A stretch of 64,000 nt of DNA, taken from contig OZ271854.1 in the NCBI GenBank assembly GCA_965601925.1, forward strand, positions 2,176,001 to 2,240,000. Direction: 5' to 3'. The translations under genes and the position numbers were made by a program. Shown here piece after piece: positions 17,962-25,747 of the stretch (position 1 is its first letter; every line of letters starts with the position of its first letter). This DNA is from Alkalispirochaeta sp. (GTDB lineage Bacteria > Spirochaetota > Spirochaetia > DSM-27196 > Alkalispirochaetaceae). A model generated the notes under the pieces. It was not told where the DNA came from, did not search any database, and worked only from the letters and a program-made list of their open reading frames with translations.

Positions 17962-19623
17962 GAGACTGTCGCACAACGCAGTCGTGGTCTGCTAGCATCG
18001 TGCCTGGGAGGAGCCAATGCCGAACTACCGAGGAAACGAGGGGCAGGATCTCATGATTCCGGTGTGCCTGGATGATCAGCTGGTGCCGGGTACCATCGAA
18101 CACGCCATCACCTGGATCGTCGACCACGAGATCGATACGTCGGTGTTCGATGCAGCCTATCACAACGACCACGGCGGTCGCCCGGCCTGTGATCCGGCCG
18201 CGCTGGTGAAGATCATCTTGTTCGCCTACTCCCGGGGCATCCTCTCCTCACGGAAGATCGAGGAAGCCTGCCGGACCAACATCGTGTTCATGGCCCTCAG
18301 TGGTGATATCCGGCCCGACCACGCCACGATCGCCCGGTTCGTTACCGGCCATCCCGCGGCGGTTCGTCGTGTGTTCCGGGATGTGCTGATGATTGCGGCA
18401 CAGGGCGATCTGATCGGTGGGGACGTGTTTGCACTGGACGGCTGCAAGATCAGCTCGAACGCCGCCCGAGAGCACGCGGGGACGCGACGGGAACTGGAGA
18501 AGAAGAGAGCGAAGCTTGAAGCACGTCTTGAGGCGATACTGCTCACTCATCGCGGCGCAGATGAGGCATGCACCTCCGATAACGACGATCAACAGGGCAG
18601 ACCCGGTTCAGGGACAGCTGATCGCTACCGGGCGCAGATCGACCGCATCAAAGGATTCCTCGACGCCCATCCACCCCGCACCGGCACCAGCGGACGCGAG
18701 GTGAAATCCAACATCACCGACAATCAGAGTGCCACACTGAAAACCGGGAGTGGCTACATCCAGGGCTATAACGCGCTGGCGATGGTGGATGCGAAGCACC
18801 AGATCGTGCTACACGCTGAACCGGTCGGTCAGATCCATGAGGCACCGCTGCTGCCACGGATGGTGCGCCGGTCACTGCATACACTGCGCAGGTTCGCACA
18901 TCCCCAGGCCTGCACACCGACCATCCTCGCTGATACCAACTATTTCACCGAATCCAACGCCCGGTTCCTGATCGACTCTGATCTCGACGGCTATATCCCC
19001 GACCATCAGTTCCGGAATCGGGACATGCGATTCGCGGATCGGAGTCGATCGCGCCGGGCGGCACACCGGCGCTTCACCCAAGCCGATTTCCTCTACCAGA
19101 GCGACACCGACAGCTATCGTTGTCCGGCCGGCAAGACGTTGCGACGGCGCACCCGGGAGGTGGTTGCCGGGCGTCGTGGTACGCGCTATGAAGCGAAGCA
19201 ATCAGACTGCAGTGCATGCGATCTCACCTCCCGCTGTCTGATCCGTACTGCAACCCGGCGTAGACTCTTCCGCGGTGACGGTCCAGCCGGGACCTATGCC
19301 CAACAGATGCGTGATCGGATCGACACCGAACGGGGTCGACGGATGTACGCCAGACGCATGGGTATCGTGGAGCCGGTCTTTGCGAACATCACCGCCACCA
19401 AGGGCATGCGACGATTCACGCTCCGAGGCCGGGCGAAGGTCCGCATTCAATGGCTCCTGTACACGCTGGTGCACAACATCGAAAAGATCGCCACCACCGG
19501 GCTGATTCATCGGTTAGTCGGAGTTTGATCCGGGTGGGTGGCGGGTTGAAGAATGCCTGGCCACGATCACTGGCCGTGAACTACTCGCTCCGCGTGGGTT
19601 CCCACGCGTTGTGCGACAGCCTC
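17962..19623 (+). mobile_element. IS1182-family element, copy 3
   Basis: Same IRs, length and GTT duplication. Confidence 0.95.
18017..19528 (+). CDS. IS1182-family transposase
   Basis: Protein identical to the other copies. Confidence 0.95.
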   Translation: MPNYRGNEGQDLMIPVCLDDQLVPGTIEHAITWIVDHEIDTSVFDAAYHNDHGGRPACDPAALVKIILFAYSRGILSSRKIEEACRTNIVFMALSGDIRPDHATIARFVTGHPAAVRRVFRDVLMIAAQGDLIGGDVFALDGCKISSNAAREHAGTRRELEKKRAKLEARLEAILLTHRGADEACTSDNDDQQGRPGSGTADRYRAQIDRIKGFLDAHPPRTGTSGREVKSNITDNQSATLKTGSGYIQGYNALAMVDAKHQIVLHAEPVGQIHEAPLLPRMVRRSLHTLRRFAHPQACTPTILADTNYFTESNARFLIDSDLDGYIPDHQFRNRDMRFADRSRSRRAAHRRFTQADFLYQSDTDSYRCPAGKTLRRRTREVVAGRRGTRYEAKQSDCSACDLTSRCLIRTATRRRLFRGDGPAGTYAQQMRDRIDTERGRRMYARRMGIVEPVFANITATKGMRRFTLRGRAKVRIQWLLYTLVHNIEKIATTGLIHRLVGV

Positions 19624-19624
19624 G

Positions 19625-22306
19625 TTATGTTGATTCTTTGAGAGCGTACTTTCGCTCCCTCTTTTCGAATGCCTCGACACCACCCTCAAGGTTTAATAGC
19701 GAGTTTCGGTGGGATAGGTCTTCAATTGTAGCAAAGTCGACGTTGGTCTTAGCCTCGGGCATTGATAAGATAGTAGTTAGCTCGGCGTCAGCATTGACTA
19801 CAATGTTGGCATTGTGTGTAGCGAATATCATCTGCCGTGAAGACTTCTTTTCCTTGATCAGGTCAACCAGGTAGTTCGCGATCAAAGAACTATCTAGATG
19901 GGCCTCTGGTTCATCAATGATGATTGGGTTATTTCCAAACAACAACAGAATCACGATCACCGTCGTGCAACGTTGACCAAACGAGGACGCTTCGATTGGC
20001 CGTCCTCGATATCTCACATTGACTCGAATCACTTCGTTAAAATCGAAATAGGCGACTCGTGCAAGATGTTTATAAATCGAAAAATTAATCTCATCGGCGA
20101 ATACCTTCGCAAGATATCGTCGAGAATTTGTGTCCCCAACAACGTGGTTACGTAAGTCATCTATGGATACACTCTCGTCTATTAGTGCTTTCGGATCGAT
20201 TCCAAACAGACACTCTTTGACCCTATCAGACCTATAGTTGAACTCTGTTCCCAAATCACCGAAATGATCTATGAAACGCGCGAACAGATTCTCTGTTGCT
20301 GTTTCTTCGTCTATCCCTACATTCAGTTCGATTCTATCAATTTCGTTTGGATTACTCCTGTTAACGTTCTCCAAAACTGATTTCAATGCGCCTATTTCGT
20401 TGGTGACTACACTAACCAGGTTGTTGAATGAAGCTTGAAGCTTCGATTCATCGTGTTCCTCAATCTGATCGTCGATCATCGATATCCGCGAATCAATATC
20501 GTCAAGTTCGGCTGATAGAGAATCAACGAGGCTCCCTGAGTTCTTTATATCTTCTATGTTCTCAGGTGTTACTCCGATTCCCTCAAGATATTGACCCAGT
20601 TCGTCTTGTCTTTCTCGATGTTGAGTCTGGAGTTTATTTTCAGTCTCGATTTCTTTATCGAAGATAGACTCGGACAGGAACGATGTGTGTAGCTGCGAGA
20701 GCCCTTTCAAAAACTCGTTATATGCGACCAGATAATGGGAGCTATCTTCATTGTTTTGGACTGGAGGATGGTTCTTAAGCAACTCATTGACGTCATCTCT
20801 CAGTCTTTCCAAACGTGTTCGTTCGGCCCTAATACCGACAAGTTTTCTATTAGATTCGGTCACGGAATCGTTCAGGGTTTTGTAGTCGTCTCCTTCAATT
20901 GTCGCTGATACTTTCTTGTTGCTGTCTAAACTCAAGACAATACGACGACGTTCAGTGATTGCCTGTTGCTTCTCGACTAATAGACGGATGATATCTTCTA
21001 CTTCGGAAGTAGCTGTTGTTACAGCCAGTTCTTTCTCCGCGACATGAGAGTTACGGCGTCGAATCCGATCGTAAATGGCGTCGGTGAACTTCCGAGGATT
21101 GGTGGCATATTCTTCGATCTCGTTCTGTTCGAGAAACTCTAACCCCTCCGCTGAGTGGTCCACCTGAACAAAATCCGAATGACTTACATTTGAACCATCG
21201 GGGGTGATCGTGTTTTCCTTGTTAAACGTTGTAGAGGCCCCACTACGGATTACATCGACCAGCACGTTGAGCAAAGTGCTTTTCCCGGTTCCCCGGCCCC
21301 CGGTTACACACGTCAGAAAGGGACTAAGTTCCCAGTCTATCCTTACACCGGCGAAACAGAATGTCGAAGGTTCCGTACCGGTTCTGTTGATGATCACATT
21401 TTCGGGATAGTCCATATTCATTCTGGTTATACGTTTAGGCGCAAAAGGAGGACGAGCCTCGCCGATCTTTACTCTGTGCGCAGGCTCGAAGAAGACCTGG
21501 CGGAGCCCTTCAAAAGTTAGATCAGCTTTTATCCAAGTGATGTCTTTGTGGATTTGGCCGTTTTCTTCGCATCGTTTTCCGAGATAGTGATCAAGATCGT
21601 CGAACGAATGAGCATCGCTTCCAGAAAAAACGGGTTTGGGTATTGATGCCGAACTTGAGTCATCATATCGATTGGCAGACAGAAACCATTCAACGTTCTG
21701 TGATCCACCAAAAAATCCATCGGAAATCTTATCGATCTCATCGCTTATTATGCGTTTGCGTGGAGATTTGGAATCCGCTCGAATACCGGCATTGTTTGCG
21801 GCGGCAAGAATAAGAAATGGACGCATATCACCGAATACTTCGTGGAGTTTTTCTAATACTTCATGCTGGTTGACGCATGCAGAGACATATTCCGAAGGTT
21901 CGAGCTCAATACAAGATACTCTTGCGCCGTTTATAGTTTTGGATATCTTCAACTCATGCAGAAATCTCTCGATCTTCGACCGATCAAGTTGACTATCGAA
22001 AATGACATGGAGGTTTACCTCTTCCGCTGCTTTGTTGACTGACACATCAAGACGAAGCTCGATATTCGGGAAAAAAACTTTACCTGAGTTGGGATAAAGG
22101 CGCTTGTATTCGCTTAGGAACTCGAAATGACGGGCGACGGAGAAATAGTCGGTGATTCCAAACGCAATAACATCTGATTCATGAAGTTTGCGACAAAAAT
22201 CAACCAGACTGTTAGCGTTTGTCGCCAAATCGTAGCCGTCATTGAGATTTGTACCCGGAGGATGCACATGCAGATCCCATTTCCGCCAAATGGACCCGGT
22301 TGACAT
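19625..22306 (-). CDS. PHP domain + SMC-like ATPase (TrlF/Ppl-like anti-phage protein)
   Basis: WRKWDLHVH, ITDY, GSDAH (PHP); GGRGTGKST, SFGQR, IIIDEPE, FATHN; stop codon inside the R'' box ACATAAC. Confidence 0.85.
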   Translation of the reverse strand: MSTGSIWRKWDLHVHPPGTNLNDGYDLATNANSLVDFCRKLHESDVIAFGITDYFSVARHFEFLSEYKRLYPNSGKVFFPNIELRLDVSVNKAAEEVNLHVIFDSQLDRSKIERFLHELKISKTINGARVSCIELEPSEYVSACVNQHEVLEKLHEVFGDMRPFLILAAANNAGIRADSKSPRKRIISDEIDKISDGFFGGSQNVEWFLSANRYDDSSSASIPKPVFSGSDAHSFDDLDHYLGKRCEENGQIHKDITWIKADLTFEGLRQVFFEPAHRVKIGEARPPFAPKRITRMNMDYPENVIINRTGTEPSTFCFAGVRIDWELSPFLTCVTGGRGTGKSTLLNVLVDVIRSGASTTFNKENTITPDGSNVSHSDFVQVDHSAEGLEFLEQNEIEEYATNPRKFTDAIYDRIRRRNSHVAEKELAVTTATSEVEDIIRLLVEKQQAITERRRIVLSLDSNKKVSATIEGDDYKTLNDSVTESNRKLVGIRAERTRLERLRDDVNELLKNHPPVQNNEDSSHYLVAYNEFLKGLSQLHTSFLSESIFDKEIETENKLQTQHRERQDELGQYLEGIGVTPENIEDIKNSGSLVDSLSAELDDIDSRISMIDDQIEEHDESKLQASFNNLVSVVTNEIGALKSVLENVNRSNPNEIDRIELNVGIDEETATENLFARFIDHFGDLGTEFNYRSDRVKECLFGIDPKALIDESVSIDDLRNHVVGDTNSRRYLAKVFADEINFSIYKHLARVAYFDFNEVIRVNVRYRGRPIEASSFGQRCTTVIVILLLFGNNPIIIDEPEAHLDSSLIANYLVDLIKEKKSSRQMIFATHNANIVVNADAELTTILSMPEAKTNVDFATIEDLSHRNSLLNLEGGVEAFEKRERKYALKEST

Positions 22307-22340
22307 GCAAAAATTATGGATTGATTTGTCGGGATAAGCA

Positions 22341-22366
22341 ACATAATACAGACACCACCTGCGGCC
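22341..22366 (-). repeat. Degenerate attC half-site
   Basis: aagcaacataaT-acaga-caccacctgcgg resembles aagcaacataaC-aaccg-catcacctgcgc at 2558. Confidence 0.45.
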
Positions 22367-22465
22367 CGAAGCTGCTCTGCTAATGAAGGAGTTGGTAAGG
22401 GTTTAGCGCATACAAAACCGCCGGCTGATAAAAAATCATACTATGTCTTGGTTTTCGAAATAGCG

Positions 22466-22510
22466 TTTTTTACCGAGTGGCTGAAGCACGAAGCCCAACC
22501 ACCCGGTAAT
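22466..22510. repeat. Conserved hairpin downstream of the 88-aa ORF (copy B)
   Basis: Matches 10851-10895. Confidence 0.65.
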
Positions 22511-22528
22511 AACTAATGGGACTAAGCC

Positions 22529-22795
22529 TTACGAGGCTTTTTCTTGGCGGCATGTTTGCTTGTGGGCGCGTGCCGCCACTTTGAAAATGCATCCATCGCA
22601 TGGACCCTTCGGACTTTTGCACCGACAGGCGGCGCAGACATCATAGAGGTCATAATCATCGATTGCATCGAGAATGAGGCGATCCAATGTCCTGGTCATT
22701 GGCTCATTCTTGAACCACGCCATTCGCCTGAGAGCAAACACCGCATCGCGGCTCACCTTGGGGACATACGTACCAGCGCCAATCTTTTTGTGCAT
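22529..22795 (-). CDS. 88-aa hypothetical RHH-like protein with Cys cluster (copy B)
   Basis: Paralogue of 10917-11183: same length, RBS and conserved Cys. Confidence 0.8.
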   Translation of the reverse strand: MHKKIGAGTYVPKVSRDAVFALRRMAWFKNEPMTRTLDRLILDAIDDYDLYDVCAACRCKSPKGPCDGCIFKVAARAHKQTCRQEKAS

Positions 22796-22820
22796 TTCCT
22801 GCACCTCCATGAATGATGTA

Positions 22821-22982
22821 TGCGGGAAAGCCATGCTTGGTCCCGCACCGGAGGTGCGCGACGCTCCTCGTTTTCATGTGTCAAGGTCGAACGAAGTGAG
22901 CCCGAAGGGCTTGGCCTTTACACATGAAAAAGAGGACGTACCATGAGAAGACTGCGGGAGCAGGTTAGGTTGAGGCAATTTC
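22821..22982. promoter_or_regulatory. Conserved hairpin/promoter element, copy 3
   Basis: Same stem and inner hairpins; TTTACA(22917)-16-TACCAT(22939). Confidence 0.8.
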
Positions 22983-22988
22983 GGGGTG

Positions 22989-23309
22989 TTACCGGAGGTT
23001 TCTTCGGAGCAATATGTCTTCGATGTTTCGCCGCCCATCAATTACGGCAAGGATCAATACTCGATCGGATTCTTGCGTATAGAACACGCGCCATGGCGCG
23101 ACGATGATCTCTCGATATTTGGTGATGTTCTGCCGTTCGAGTTCCGGAATGACCCGTCCGGTTTCCGGAAATTCTGATAGTCGCGATACTTCGGAATCAA
23201 TCTTTTCTGCGATGTTCTTCGCAATAGTCGCTGAAGAATGACTGATAATCCAATCAATGATTTCTCGGAAGTCTATCGCCGCGCTCGCGGCCCATGTTAT
23301 TTGTGCCAT
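22989..23309 (-). CDS. RelE/ParE-family toxin
   Basis: ITWAASAAIDFREI...FPETGRVIPE...YREIIVAPWRVFY...AVIDGRR. Confidence 0.92.
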   Translation of the reverse strand: MAQITWAASAAIDFREIIDWIISHSSATIAKNIAEKIDSEVSRLSEFPETGRVIPELERQNITKYREIIVAPWRVFYTQESDRVLILAVIDGRRNIEDILLRRNLR

Positions 23310-23315
23310 CGAACA

Positions 23316-23588
23316 TCAATCAGGAATACGACTATAGATGTCGTCCATGACCGATTGATGATCGACGGTTCGGTTGTCTGCAATATCCTTTTCACTTTGC
23401 GATATGAGTTTCATCAGTCCGAGGGCATCTTTCATTTCTTGATAGGTTTCGGTGTCGAGTAGTACCGCTCGTGCTTCACCATTTTGAGTGATTAATATCG
23501 GATTATGAGTGTCATTGACTTGCCGCAACATTTCCGCGGCGTTGCTTTTCACATACGAAATAGGGCGAATATCTGAACGAAGATTCAT
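23316..23588 (-). CDS. Phd/YefM antitoxin
   Basis: IRPISYVKSNAAEML...PILITQNGEARAVL. Confidence 0.92.
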   Translation of the reverse strand: MNLRSDIRPISYVKSNAAEMLRQVNDTHNPILITQNGEARAVLLDTETYQEMKDALGLMKLISQSEKDIADNRTVDHQSVMDDIYSRIPD

Positions 23589-23662
23589 AACCAGCCTCCC
23601 GGTTCAAATAACGTACTTTATTTAGTCTGTTTACGCAATTCATGTGGGGTAACGCAGAAGCA

Positions 23663-23783
23663 ACATAACACCGAGCTGACCTGCAAGATGCGGCCCGGAG
23701 CCGCAGGCGGAGGGATTGGCGCGACTTTTGCGCATGCAAAAGTCGTGACAAAGCAGATTGACTGGTCCAGCGTTATGTTATGA
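23663..23783 (-). repeat. attC site, long family, intact and IS-free (121 bp)
   Basis: Minus strand TCATAAC-ataac-GCTGGACC...GGTCAGC-tcggt-GTTATGT. Confidence 0.92.
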
Positions 23784-23791
23784 CGCCGTCT

Positions 23792-24604
23792 CTATAAAAT
23801 AAACGTTGGATTTCGTAATACGATTTGATCGATATCGGAAAAAAAGGACATTAAGTTGAACTCGCTTATTGTTACCTGACCGGGATGTGCGGACTGGTTT
23901 CGTATATCGAAACAGCTTTTTAAACGAGTATGTTGGTTAGAGTCAATGAATCCCATACCTTCGATTATCCAAAGAACATTTGTATCAAACACCTCACGAA
24001 GCTCACTTAGTGTAGAGACACTTTGTGGAGAACTGAATCGCTTGTATCTGCCTTTCGTTTGCGTCGCCATTCGAACTGAAGCGACATTGAATTTCTGAAT
24101 TCCGAAATCGACTATTTTCCTGTGAATACGATCAATTGCGGCGCACCATCCCATAACAGCTGCAGCTCGAAAGAAGCCTCGTTGCGCGCATTTCACCGCT
24201 TCGGACAAATACTCATTTTCATCTTCGTTGGGCAAGTCTGCTAAAAGTCTATGCAATAAAGCAATTGAACCAATCTCACTTGGGTTGGTTTGTGCTGGTA
24301 TTATCAATTCTGTGTTGAAAGACTTTATCAGTGCCTCGAAAGTCTGCAAGTACGATTTTTTCAGATTGTTATTCGCTACGAGTGAGAGAAGTCGACCTGC
24401 TGCTTCACCGTATTTCTCGAGTATATCGGAACTCATGCCTAATTCATCGATTAAACGAGGTTGAAGACTGGAAAACCACGCCGTTGCCAGGTTTTCAACT
24501 CGTGTTTTTAAGTCCTTTTTCGAAACGCGATCGACTTCAAGCTTGCGTATGTCCTGCTTGATTCCCTTTGCAATGGCAAGAAACTCTTTTAAATCAGCGA
24601 TCAT
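23792..24604 (-). CDS. Hypothetical protein with HEPN-like domain
   Basis: YLSEAVKC...FRAAAVMGW helix plus RNQSAH (Rx4H). Confidence 0.7.
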   Translation of the reverse strand: MIADLKEFLAIAKGIKQDIRKLEVDRVSKKDLKTRVENLATAWFSSLQPRLIDELGMSSDILEKYGEAAGRLLSLVANNNLKKSYLQTFEALIKSFNTELIIPAQTNPSEIGSIALLHRLLADLPNEDENEYLSEAVKCAQRGFFRAAAVMGWCAAIDRIHRKIVDFGIQKFNVASVRMATQTKGRYKRFSSPQSVSTLSELREVFDTNVLWIIEGMGFIDSNQHTRLKSCFDIRNQSAHPGQVTISEFNLMSFFSDIDQIVLRNPTFIL

Positions 24605-24605
24605 G

Positions 24606-25208
24606 TTATTCGATCTCTTTGATTACCTTTGCAAGTTCTGCTTTCCCTTGTTCAGATAGGTTTATGCTCTTTACGTCTTTGTTATACTTTTCAAAATCAA
24701 ATAGACCGCTATTGTTGGTAAAATTGTTCGCAAAGTTATTTTTGTCATAGCACTTTCGGTCAGTGGCCTCGGATCTGATTTGCTCGACATCTGTTGAAAA
24801 ATCACCTGTTTTCAATGCGTGAAGAAGGCATTGAAGAAGTGCTATACGGATTTGACTCTCAGATGTTCGCGTAGTCCTTAAATCATCATAAAGAGGTAAA
24901 AAGGTGTCGTCTTCTTTATAGAAGATTAGGTTTAAATCATCTATTGACAACGCCTGTTTCTCCAAGAACCTACGAACTTTGACGTGAATATCGGTGTCGG
25001 AAATATCTTGCTGAGTCTTTTCAGCCTGGTCGATAGGATCGGGAACACCTGGTATCTCATTTTTTTGCGGACCTTTAGGAGCCGAGTTTACTGTTCCTTG
25101 TTGTAATTCGTGTTTTAGCAAGATTTCGAAACAAGCCTGTTGTAGGTTTTCCGGGCATTCCTTCACTATTGCAAGAATATCCATCACTTTCTTTTTTAGA
25201 TTATCCAT
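24606..25208 (-). CDS. Hypothetical protein, partner of the HEPN-like gene
   Basis: GGAGG RBS, 200 aa, 1-bp gap to the next gene, same cassette. Confidence 0.8.
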   Translation of the reverse strand: MDNLKKKVMDILAIVKECPENLQQACFEILLKHELQQGTVNSAPKGPQKNEIPGVPDPIDQAEKTQQDISDTDIHVKVRRFLEKQALSIDDLNLIFYKEDDTFLPLYDDLRTTRTSESQIRIALLQCLLHALKTGDFSTDVEQIRSEATDRKCYDKNNFANNFTNNSGLFDFEKYNKDVKSINLSEQGKAELAKVIKEIE

Positions 25209-25279
25209 TCAATGCCTCCAGTGATTTTGATTGTATCAATGAAATGGCAACTATGCTTTATCGAGTTAGCCGTTAGGCG

Positions 25280-25313
25280 ACATAACATATTCCCTCCGCA
25301 CTTTTCCACATAA
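25280..25313 (-). other. Candidate attI site
   Basis: First-cassette core GTTATGT (25286-25280) is not preceded by an attC hairpin; a direct repeat GTTATGT lies 27 bp upstream. Confidence 0.55.
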
Positions 25314-25379
25314 CAGCCCAATGCCAACTCGTCTGTAATCGCCGAAAAGCACGGAACCTCACACCTCGATGTACTTCTA

Positions 25380-25740
25380 TTGAAAAGGAGTAAACACCGG
25401 CATAGAGGTGTTGTTGTTGCAAACCATTTCGGTCGTTTCACTAACCGCATCACAAAGACAGATGTAATCGCGGCGTTTTGGGCGACGGCCCGGCGTCCAA
25501 ACCATGAACGGCACCTGATGCGGGCCGTGGAGCGGCTACGCTCGCGTGATCTCGGTCGTACACGTTGCGGGCTTTGAAACGGAAAACGCTATCGACCGAC
25601 TATGAAAGGGCTTCAAGGTGCCTTCTTCGTCGGCCTTTAACGGAGGCGCATCAATCCGAAGCGCGCGACTTTTTGAACCCACTCAGCGTGCACCGCTCTC
25701 CGTCACGCGTGATTCGGTTCAGTGTGTGCGCCGACCACGC
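25380..25740 (+). pseudogene. Possible decayed integron integrase 5' remnant
   Basis: Divergent from attI; RRPLTEAHQSEARDFLNPLSVHR weakly resembles the IntI SAM motif P..L...EV..FL.HLAV.R. Seen by eye only. Confidence 0.3.
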
Positions 25741-25747
25741 CCCGACT

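Larger units (their letters stand above)
779..25313 (-). mobile_element. Integron-type gene cassette array lacking an intact integrase in the window (CALIN-like)
   Basis: Seven attC sites with the extra base in the minus-strand L'' box, co-oriented lower-GC minus-strand genes, and complementary cassette ends. Confidence 0.9.

Noticed and set aside
1555..23783. Repeats as a CRISPR array
   Set aside because: Spacing is kilobases with genes between, the structure is attC-like, and no cas genes are present.
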